Part shown: piece after piece, positions 40,071-50,211 of the stretch | Layout of the letters: each line of letters starts with the position of its first letter | How positions within the stretch are numbered: the first letter of the stretch is position 1 | NCBI GenBank assembly: GCA_028534125.1 | Contig: CM052832.1 | Span: 14,944,001-15,008,000 of the forward strand | From: Lama glama | Lineage: Eukaryota | Length of the DNA stretch: 64,000 bases | Reading direction: 5' to 3' | The notes under the pieces: model-generated | Database searches by the model: none | Told to the model about the DNA's origin: nothing | What the model saw: the letters and a program-made list of their open reading frames with translations, nothing else | Program-made: the position numbers and the translations under genes

Positions 40071-41619
40071 GATTTTATCAAGGAACAAAACAGGCCTCAA
40101 ATGCAGCCCCAGAGCAGCAGCTAGCACACCAGAAGAGGGGCCCACCCATCATCCCATTCTTCCCTACCCATGCTAATCACACCAAGGGCCTTGGGAAGTC
40201 ATCACACTGCTCAGGGCTTCAGCTTACTCATTTGTAAACTGAGGTCATCCCATATGCCCTGCCTGTCTTGGAAGGGTATTCTGTCTGAGGAGTAGAGGAA
40301 ATCAAAACATGCTGAGTCTCTGACACTGAGACCCTGTGCCTTTCCACACACTGGCCCTGCCAATGCAACCACTAGGCCTGCTCCTAGGACCACTAGACCC
40401 TCAAGATATGTGGTTGGAAGTCCTGAGGATGCAAAGTTTTGGTGTGGTGGGCAGCTGAAGGGCCTGGGCTTTAAAACCAATTACCTGATCCCTACTTCCT
40501 TGCAAGGTGAGGGAGGCCCTGCCTGAGGAGGTGCCTCCTCCCTCTGCCCTTAGCTCTAGTAGAAGCCTGGGAGAGGTGGTTCCTACTCTCCAGACTCAAA
40601 AGCCTGGGAACACCAGGAAGTCTACGTGGAGCCTCCAGACCCAAGCTTTTCTCTCATTCCTTTCCCTTTTTCTGATTTCCCCACTACAGTCAGATGATGG
40701 TGTCTGAAGACAAGGGGCCAGAGTTTCCACTTGCTCTCTGGTTCCTAACTGGCTCATCTCTGCACCAGACCTGCTCTCATCTAACCACCTCTGTAAAGAC
40801 TTGAGGTAACTGAGGCCTGACCAGACCAAGTCTCAACCATGTCTGTGCCATTGGTTGCCTCTGGGAAGAATAGGGCGACCCACACCACCCCTGTATCTCC
40901 AGTAGCACTTGAGGACCCAGGTGGGCCTCAACTTGATTCACCTGCCACAATCATTTTTTTCTTGGGTGTTTTCCATTACCTGCCAATCTACTGTTTTCCC
41001 AATTACATGTGATTTTGGTGAGGGGTAAGAGGGTGTAATACAAAACTACACACAAACAATTTGAGGTAACTATAGATTCACCTGCAGTTGTAATAAATAA
41101 CTAGAGATCTCTGGTACATTTTGCCTAGCTTCTCCCAATGCTAACGTTTGTAAAACTATAGTAAAATATTCACAACTAGGATATTGATACTGGTAAATCC
41201 AGCAATCTTATTCAAATTTCTCCACTAAGTGTGTGACATCTTAATTATCAGACCATGAAAGCTTGGACCTAAGCTTACCTACTTATGACCCAGAGGGACT
41301 TAACCCACTGCTCTGTCTGTGCCCCCGAAAACCGGAAAGAGGTTAACAGGAAATTTAACGTTCAGGGTATGCTATGTGCTAGGCCCTACCCATGTCAGTG
41401 TTTAATCTTTATAGCAGCCTGTTTTACCGACGTTAAAATTGAGGCGCAGAGAGGGTGGCTGGATGAGTGGACCCGAAGTCCAAGGGCTGGACAGGCGCTA
41501 CCCCAGGCCTGCCTACTCTACCCGCTGAGCCCAGCACCGAGGGCCACTATGCGTTGCTAGGAGGTCTGGAGGCCTCAGCAAACACTAATGGAACCTTTGT
41601 GCGTCCTGGGCTAAACGTT

Positions 41620-42330
41620 AGGACGTGAGCGGTCTCCAACTAGACAGGCAAGCGAGGCAGACGCCAGGCCTCTCCCTGGAATGTGAGCACCCAAGCGCGG
41701 GCGTTCAGCTGGGGTCCGCCCGGGGAACGCCAGGAAGCCGCCCGCGCCCCTCCCCTCCCCTCCCGGCGCGCTCTCCTCCCCTCGCTGCGCAGCCCTCGGC
41801 TGCCCCCTGCCGTCGCAGCGTGGACCCTGCCGCCTAGGTCATCTCCGTCTTCTCTCCGCCCGCCCCAGCCTCTGGATTGGCTGCTCCAGAAGTCTCTAGG
41901 CCATCCGCCTTCCGCCATCAGATTGGTTGCACCCTGATACTGTGGCCCCGCCTATTTCCCCGGGTCCTTTGATCACGCGCCTGCCGGCTCTTCCGGGGCC
42001 CGGGAGCCAACCGAGGGCGTTCCTGTTCGGGGCTGCAGCGGTGGGAGGTAAGGCATGGCCGGGTTGGATGGGCTGCAGAGCGCTGGCCCAGGTCCACACC
42101 TCGGGGTGTCGGGATTCCAGGATGCCCGGGCCCCTCTGCGCTCCCCCCAAAACCCCCTCTCCTGGCCTGAACCTCCCAGCGTCGTGGGAACTACCTCTCG
42201 CTCGCCATTGCTGATTTGCATCCTAGGAACGCCTATCACCCTCCCTACCTCGGCATGTCCCCTTGACCATGGGACGGTGTGCATGCTACAGAGCAAGCCT
42301 GGAGCCCCTACGGGCACCGGTACAGGTAGC
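41620..42330 (+). promoter_or_regulatory. SMIM29: SMIM29 CpG-island promoter
   Basis: CpG-dense; inverted CCAAT boxes (ATTGG 41876-41880, 41922-41926), GC boxes, ETS-type CTTCCGG 41990-41996. Confidence 0.85.
41985..42047 (+). other. SMIM29: SMIM29 non-coding exon 1 (start approximate)
   Basis: Strong donor GAG|GTAAGG (GT at 42048-42049) just downstream of the promoter elements; the next acceptor is ccccag| with the exon starting at 43098. Confidence 0.7.
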
Positions 42331-43143
42331 TCATACCTTGCCCTCTGATGGAAACCCAGGCGAACCGAGGTCAAGGACCTCGGGGCATCTATGTGCAGCC
42401 ACCCGTGGACAGTCTCCTTGGATCTGTCATGAGAGCTGACCATCTCCACCTCTGCCTGTCATCCCAGACCAGGAGGGGAGGGACCTGGGCGGAGCCCCAA
42501 GTGGGGACAAGAGGGAGGTGACATCACCTCACAGATGAAATCCAGCCCTGCCCACTTGTGTCCATCCTGGCACGTGAGACCAATGAGGGAGATGGTGCCC
42601 AAGTTTTATGTCTGGAGTGACACCAGAGACAAAGAGGGCATAGGGCCTATAGCCTGAATTGGATCTGGACTAGATGGGCCCCTTCAGATACTCCTACCTC
42701 ACCCCTGGGCTGCAGTGCAGGACCCTCATATTTTAACCTAATCTCCCCCATTTTGCTCCACTGGATAGCTGCAGGCAGCCCAGTGCCCCAGGAGGTCTAA
42801 CCTTTCCCCAGAAATTGATATTTGCAAATATTTCGCCAGCACCTGAGCTGAACTTCACCCTGATTTGGGGATAGAAGCTAGACAGGACTCAGGCCCTGGG
42901 TATGGGCCTCCTTTTGGTGCCCTTTACACCCAGGATTTGCTGAGAGTTGCTGGAGGGTTAAACTCAGCACCTTGACCTGGAAGATCCCTCATCCCAGTGC
43001 CTGACCTAAGTTTTCATACATTACCAGCTCTTAGGGAGGGATTCATAGCCTGGATGTCACCCTGGGTGAAATTGACAACCTCCTTCCTCCTCCCCAGGGA
43101 GCCCAGTGGAGGCGCCCTCCCGAGGCAGTACTGCCCATGCTGA

Positions 43144-43365
<222 letters not shown>

Positions 43366-43456
43366 TAGGGGAGAGGAGGGTGTGGATGTGGGTCCCTCTC
43401 ACTTGTGGGCCATCCTGGGCTCAGCGTGTCTCCACAGTCCTGTGTCTCTGTTACAG

Positions 43457-43482
43457 GTAATGTATGTCCAGAAGAAAAAGCG
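43457..43482 (+). CDS. SMIM29: SMIM29 26-nt microexon, VMYVQKKK(R)
   Basis: ttacag| acceptor, |gtgagt donor; supplies the end of the transmembrane segment and the basic stop-transfer residues. Confidence 0.93.
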
Positions 43483-43712
43483 GTGAGTGTCCCCGACCCC
43501 AGTGCTACCTCTCCCTCACTCTGCTTAAATTTCTTCCCGTAAGATCTGAGTTCCCTGCATACAAGTAAGATGCCCCTTGGCCATTCTGATACAAGCCTGA
43601 AATTCCCTACACTCCATTGTTATGTATTCCTGCCCAGACTCATATTCTTAGAGCTGCAGTGTACCCTAAAAGGCAGACTGGAAGTGCCCCTGAACAGGGG
43701 GAGTAGAGATAG

Positions 43713-43931
<219 letters not shown>

Positions 43932-44009
43932 TGAAGCCTGAGCCTGTTTCTGCTCTCAGCCCTCCGCATGTGGGCCAAGGCTAGTGAGGTGCCTCCTCCA
44001 AGGTTGTGA

Positions 44010-44123
<114 letters not shown>

Positions 44124-44532
44124 CCTGATCCCCTTAACCCTGATCTTCAGGACCATGGGGTCCAGAGCCCTATAGCCTGTTGCTTCTCTTCCCCCACCCC
44201 CACCCCAATTGCATCCTCTCAGCTCCCCCTCTTAGTTACTGGGTCTCTCCTCCTCCATCCCCAGCAGCACCCATTTCCTAAGCCCTGCATATAGCAGTCA
44301 GCAGCCCCTGCTATCACTTAACTCCCCGCCAGGCCATTGGTCCTTTGTGGGCTGAGCCTGCCAGCCACTCCAGGGCACTGATAGGAACTTTTCCTTCTGC
44401 GGTGGAAGGGTGGCTGGAAGGGAAGCTTTGCCCTTTCCTTGGGCACTGTCTCTAACGACCCCTGACCTGGCTTTGGAGCTGTTTCCAGGGTTACAGGGCC
44501 TGATGTATAGTATTCAGTATATATATTTTGTA

Positions 44533-44538
44533 AATAAA
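44533..44538 (+). terminator. SMIM29: SMIM29 poly(A) signal
   Basis: TGTAAATAAA with an upstream AT-rich/TGTA context, about 410 nt after the stop codon. Confidence 0.85.
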
Positions 44539-44729
44539 ATGTTTTGTGCCTAGGGGTATGGCTGATTTCTTCAAGAGGAGCTTAAGTTACCTTCCCAGGA
44601 GCTGACGCTAGTGCTTTTTCTCCATCTTCTCCCAGCCTGAATTGCTGGGCAGAGCACCTCCAGAGCCACCCCCACCCACTAGGTTTCCACCCTTCCCTAT
44701 TCCAGGCACCCACCACAGAAAAAGACTCA

Positions 44730-45988
44730 GTCCAGAAAAGGATATTTTTTTTATTCAAGTAACTGCAAATAGGAAACCAGAAGGGGGCCCCAGGCTGGGA
44801 CAAATAATGGCTACCTCCTCCCTGACAGAACAGGGGGAGAAGGTGGCCCCTACACCTGCCGGTCAAAACAGGCCCCCCTCCTTACTCTGCTGCAGCATCC
44901 TAGGGGCAGGGCCCCACCTTCCCTGGGACTGGGGTAGTCGGTAACCCAGCCTGCTTTGCCCCAGGCCCCTTCCTCTAAGAGCATCTTGGAGGAGGGGAAT
45001 GTGGGCAGAACAGGAGGCAATGAGGATGAACATTTGGCGCTGGTAGCAGCAGCAATGACAGATGTCTAAGAATGAAACATTGAACAAAAAACAACACAAC
45101 TGTCCAGAGGTAGTTTGTGACCAGAGGAAAGATGAAACCAGAACCTTGGGGGGTGGGGAGGAGCAGAAGGGTGGGAGTGGGCAAGGCTAGCTCCTTGTTA
45201 TTAGTGCCCCATGTAAGGGAAAGGGAAACTGAGGCCAAGAGTGGAAGCAGATGGGGATGAGGAGTGGCTCCAGCCCACCTCGAGTGGCTGTTACAGGAAA
45301 CCCAGGCCCCTGGGCCTCCCCTGGATAAAGGTGGTTCTGCATCTCCATCACTGCAGTAGACTCCAGGGTGAGGGCAAGGTGGACTAGAACCTGCTTAGGG
45401 TGAGTAGGGGGCTTAGACCCCTCCTGCCTTCCTTCCTGTGCCCCCAAGGGGGCTGCCCAACCTAGTGCAGGGACTAGGCAAGGTGGGGAAGAAAAATGGG
45501 TGTGAGCCACACCTGCTGCTGTTAGTACAGTGGGAGTGGGCCATGTCAAAAGGGGATGGGGCTTGGGCTCCTTTTAAGGCCAGGGGAGCCCTCCCAGGCC
45601 CCTTAATGGGAAGCCAGAGGGAAGAGTCAGGGACCAGAAGGGACCCCCAGACCAAGAGCCCAGCCAGCAATGTCCCCACCGCTGAGGGAGTGGGGATCAG
45701 CAGCGCAGGGAGCAGTGACGTGAGAAGTCAGCTTTGTCCAGGGGGCAGGTGTGGCGTGTGGATGAGAGGGGTCGCTGGGAATTGAAATCAAAGGAAAACT
45801 GCTTCCCACTCGGGCCCTAGGGGCCCTGCAGCGGCTGGTGTGCGGTGTAGTGTGGTGGTGAGGGTGCAGGTGGGTGGCGGTGATGCGTGGACCTGGGGAA
45901 GGGTGGGGGCAGTGGGAGCGGAGCGGAGCTGTCCAGTCCCAGAAGGAAACTGCTCCTCGGTGAGGGAGCAGGCGGCACAGCGGCGCGG
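44730..45988 (-). other. HMGA1: HMGA1 3'UTR, C-rich, with miRNA seed matches
   Basis: Lies between the stop codon and the poly(A) site; seed matches for miR-26, miR-15/16, let-7/miR-196 and miR-142-3p are visible. Confidence 0.88.
44750..44755 (-). terminator. HMGA1: HMGA1 poly(A) signal
   Basis: TTTATT on + equals AATAAA on -; the following ATATCCTTTTCTGGA matches the recalled HMGA1 mRNA end. Confidence 0.88.
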
Positions 45989-46042
45989 TCACTGCTCCTC
46001 CTCTGAGGACTCCTGCGAGATGCCCTCTTCTTCCTCCTTCTC
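45989..46042 (-). CDS. HMGA1: HMGA1 last coding exon, acidic tail EKEEEEGISQESSEEEQ*
   Basis: cgcag| acceptor on -; TGA at 45991-45989; matches the recalled HMGA1 C-terminus. Confidence 0.98.
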   Translation of the reverse strand, partial: EKEEEEGISQESSEEEQ

Positions 46043-47423
46043 CTGCGAGGTGGGCAGGGCCATCAGCAGGAATGCCAGGCCTGCCCCCCTCCTCCTCCAC
46101 CCCCAGAAGCCAAGCTTGCCCCCACCCCTCCCTGCACTCCCTGGCTCTCCAGAAGGGGGATGAGTCAGGGCTGAGTGTGTGGGTGACTCAGCAACCTCCA
46201 AGGCCCAGTTTCATTCATAAAAAAGGAAGAATTTAAAGGGAGGAAAAAAAAAAACCACACACATGCTGCTCTCACATAGAGCCAGGCCCTCTTGGCCCCC
46301 AGGCCCATGGCAGGGGGGACCTGGCAGAGCTCAGGACAGCACTGAGCTCGAGGAAGTGAGGAAGTGACTGGCTCTCACGGAGGGGAGAAGAGGTGGCCAG
46401 GGAGAGGAAATGGGGTGGGAAGGGGTGGCTGGAGGGTGCATGAGCCCCCCCTGGCGGGTGAAGGGGAACCAGGTGGCCTTAGCCTACAGGGGCAGCTGCT
46501 GGGCTGTGGACCAGGGCTGCAGAGTGGCCACGGCCGCGGGCTGACCCCAGGCCAGGGCGGGGAGGAAGGGGAAGTGTGTGCCGCCGGGGCTCACTCACTG
46601 GGCGGGAATGTCGGGACACCACACGGGGGCCCCCGTGCCAGGCACAAACTCCAAAACAACTTGTTTCCTGTTACTCACTCCTGGGGCCCCGCCAGCACCC
46701 CTTAGCCCCCCTCACCCTCTGGTGGCTCAGCTCGAGGAATGAAGGCCTCAGGGAGCGCAGGAACAGGTTGGGGGTCGGAAAGGGCCAGGCAGAGGAAGGC
46801 TGGGGTGGCCCTCACTGCAGTGTTCCCCCTAGAGGCAGTCTCCCTCAGCCTGCCCACTTCCACTACCGGCTATTTGGGGGCCCAGAAACAGACGATGCCT
46901 TCCTGTGAGGAAGTACCTCCATGAGGCATCACACCTCAACTCCCACCCAACAATGACCCCACCCCCACGGTGAGCTCCTCTGCTTCTTCTCTCCCAAGAA
47001 TCAAGCCAAACCTCACCCCTTCTCTCTGTGGCTTCCTTTCCGCATTTCTATAATGGGGGTTGGGGGTGTGTGGTGGGGAGGGGACTAGATGACTTCCAAG
47101 TTCTCCCTAGAAGTTCTGAGTCCGTTTCAGAAGCAGACGAAGGGACCGCCCCCAGGTAGGGCAGGGAAGGGGTCTGGTTTGCTTTGTACCTGGGACCCCT
47201 CACTTCTCATGGACATAGCCCTTTAAAAGCCCTGGGCTGGGGGCCAGGTGCCTGGGCCTTGGGCAAATCCCTTCCCCTCTCTGGGCCTGAGTAAAACATG
47301 AAGTCCCATCATTCCTGGCCCTGCAGGTCAGGGAGAGCCATCTTTCTGTGGTGGGCACACAGATGGGGCATCACCCCTTAACAGCCTCCCCACAAGACCC
47401 AAGCTGCCAGCCTCTTCACCTAC

Positions 47424-47474
47424 CAGTTTTTTGGGTCTGCCCCTTGGTTTCCTCCCTGGAGTTGTGGTAGTTTT
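47424..47474 (-). CDS. HMGA1: HMGA1 exon with third AT-hook, KTTTTPGRKPRGRPKKL
   Basis: ccag| acceptor, |gtaggt donor, 51 nt, PRGRP core. Confidence 0.98.
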
Positions 47475-48115
47475 CTGGATGGTCAGAGAAAATAAAATAT
47501 CTAAGTCAAAAATGTCCCTGACAGGGCTCACCCAATGACCGGTACCCTGGACGGCGAGGGAGAGTAGGGAGGGGCAGGTCCCCCTACCTCTGCTCAGGGC
47601 AGCCCAGGACTCTCACCCCAGCTGGTGATGACTGGCCGGCCACACTGCCCCCCCACCCCAACATACACACACGCCCCCCACTCCCTCCTCCACCCATGAC
47701 TCAGAGGATATGAGTCGTGTCTTAGAAAAAAATAAAATAAAAAACAAAACAAGTTCTCTGAAAGGCTGATGCCACCGTAAATCTGGCCTTCCCTGCTTAT
47801 CCACACTCCCTCAGGATGCAGGGGGCCTCTGGGAGAGAAGGTAACATTCTCAGCCCAGGGTGGAGCTGCCCCTTCCCTCTTCCCAAAGCTGCAGGACATT
47901 TGACTTGCTTTCCAGTTGTCCTAGGGAGGACCAAGGCTACAGACAGACCTTCAGTCCTCACCCCTGGCCAATTAGCAAAGACCCATGGCCACCCACATGC
48001 CAGAGAAAGGGAGTGCAGAGAATAGGACAAGCCAGCTCCTTCCCAAACCTCCCACAGCTGCTGTCGTGGGGAGAGGGCCCTCCTTCCTCTTAACCCTAAC
48101 CCTCTCAAGCCTCAC

Positions 48116-48199
48116 CCGGGTCTTGGCAGCACCCTTGTTTTTGCTCCCCTTTGGTCGGCCCCGAGGTCTCTTAGGTGTTGGCACTTCACTGGGCTCCTT
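48116..48199 (-). CDS. HMGA1: HMGA1 exon with second AT-hook, KEPSEVPTPKRPRGRPKGSKNKGAAKTR
   Basis: cgcag| acceptor, |gtgagg donor, 84 nt. Confidence 0.98.
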
Positions 48200-48489
48200 C
48201 TGCGAAGACAGATGGGACAGGTCAGGAACACAGGTGTCACCCTGACCCACTCCTTTCAGAAGACAGAGCCCTCTGCCCTACCCCAGCAAACTTAGGTCTA
48301 CAGGCCAACCCCCAACTCCAGAATCCACAGGTGGCCCTCGGGACTTAAATTCTCAGTTTGAACATCTTTTGCAAAGCCTCTCCCCTTGCTTCCCTGTGAC
48401 AGCAAAATGACAAGAGGCAGGAAGACTCCTGGGAAGGGTGTCATGGGGACAGAAAGACACCGTTATGCAGCTCTGCCCATACCCCAGCC

Positions 48490-48620
48490 CTGCCACTGAC
48501 TAGCTCTATAGTCTAAGATCTTGGACAAGACACTTCACGCTTGAGCCTCAGTTTCCCTCATCTGTAAACGGTTTAAAGACTTAGCTGGCAAAGTGCCACA
48601 AAAATTCAATGAAGAATGTA
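48490..48620 (+). mobile_element. MIR fragment in an HMGA1 intron
   Basis: CTTGGACAAGACACTT...GAGCCTCAGTTTCCCTCATCTGTAAA. Confidence 0.7.
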
Positions 48621-49966
48621 TAGGTGTCAGCACTGGGCTGTGATCATTGTCCACCCCCTTAGAAGATAGGAAAGGCTTCCCCCTTCCCCTAGAGAGAGCG
48701 TCCAGACTCTACTTGCAAACTGGACTCCCTCCCAGCTGCCTCCCAGGTAGCAGTTATGCCCAGACCTTGGAACCCAGAGATCCCTGTTGTTGGCACCGCT
48801 GAAATTTTAATAAGCCCAAGACGGAATAAAAAGCTGCTACATAATGCATAGAAGCTGGGCAGTAAATGCACATCATCTATGGTTTCCCAAGGCAGCTACC
48901 CATGGGCTGTTCATGGTCCAGTAATTCAACACTCCTCTGACACCCCCCACTGACCGCAGCTAACAGGCGGCAGGGGGAGGCAAAGGGAACCAGACTAAGA
49001 GGATGGGTTCCCACGCATTATACCGTGGGCTCTGAAAGAGGCAGCTGAGTTCCACCACCCATCAGACTCTTCCTGGCTCCCGAAGAGTCAGGAGAGACCT
49101 CTAGACCTCTCCACTCTAGAGGGGGATGCCCGGGGCTTGGTGTTTAACAACCTGCCTGGCATGTAAAGGGCAAGGGGATTGACCTCAATTCCTTTCTCTC
49201 CCAGCTGAAAGGGAAGTAACTGGGCTACATTCACGTGCAGCTGCCCCTCACTTGGGGACAGCTGCCCCTCTGGGAGAGAAACCAAGAAACCAAGATCTCC
49301 ACCACATAACAGGTGGTCCTCACAGCCTAACTGGCCAAGCTCGCGGAGGAGGTGGGGGGCACGGTGCCAGGCTGGCCTTTTAACTTCACGGGACCTTAGC
49401 AGGGCATACCCTGGGTTCTGTGTCACTCTGCCCACCAACTCCCCCAACATTTTCAACTTCTTGGACTTCAATTCCCTTTTACAGAGCTGGGCCAAAGCCT
49501 AATCCAGGGCCAATCAACAATAAGTATCAAGACACCTTCATAGTAAATTAACAGAGTAATATCATATGCAATATATATCATGTGCAATATAACGACTAAA
49601 AACCCTGGGCTTATATGTACATGCATCTTCACATTTCCATAACCCATCTTTAGTACATCTTATAAATGTGCTGGCTCATGATAGACTGGAAATAAAGGGT
49701 GGGTGGTTTACCACAGTGTAAACACTGACCTGTGTGACCACAGGGTCACTTCTGGCTTGGACTTTCTGGCACGAGCTCCGAGCTCCCTCAGCCCCAACTT
49801 CTCTCCTGGGTCTCAAGAGGATCAGACTAGAGATGGCATGTCCAGAGTGCGCAGGTGTATGGATAGGAATGATTCTGCACCCTGCCAGTCTGGTTTTGGC
49901 CTTCCAAGATGCCTGGCACCTCCCTAGCCCAAAGAGGTAAACTGAGGCAAAGGTTTGGACACCCAC

Positions 49967-50101
49967 CTGACTCCCTACCAGCGCCGTCCCGGGACTCACC
50001 GGAGGCTGCTTGCGCGGCCTGCCCCGCCCTCGCTTCTCAGTGGCGTCCTTTTCCTGCTTGGAAGCCAAGGGCTGGCTGGACTTCGAGCTCGACTCACTCA
50101 T
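49967..50101 (-). CDS. HMGA1: HMGA1 first coding exon with first AT-hook; the HMGA1a form ends at 49967, the HMGA1b form at 50000
   Basis: ATG at 50101-50099; MSESSSKSSQPLASKQEKDATEKRGRGRPRKQPP|VSPGTALVGSQ; two donors 33 nt apart give 107 and 96 aa; the exon begins at 50145. Confidence 0.98.
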
Positions 50102-50145
50102 CTTCCCTCGTCTGCAGAGCAGGTGGAGGAGTGACGGCTAGGATG

Positions 50146-50211
50146 CTGGAGGGCCGGAAAAGTTGTTTTAAACAAAACATCTGGCTTTAGCCACTTCCTA
50201 CCCCCTCACCA
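50146..50211 (-). ncRNA. Region orthologous to the human tailed mirtron MIR6835 (diverged; expression unproven)
   Basis: TGGTGAGGGGGTAGGAAGTGGCTAAAG...AAAACAACTTTCCGGCCCTCCAG ends exactly at the splice acceptor and resembles recalled hsa-mir-6835; only a partial hairpin forms. Confidence 0.4.

Noticed and set aside
48091..48103. Two telomeric units, TAACCCTAACCCT
   Set aside because: Too short for an interstitial telomere; at most an hnRNP A1-type motif near a donor.
49559..49590. 16-bp tandem duplication in an AT-rich patch of an HMGA1 intron
   Set aside because: Two copies only and no supporting context.
49676..49966. 141-aa extended HMGA1 ORF from the track
   Set aside because: Intron read-through past the HMGA1a donor.
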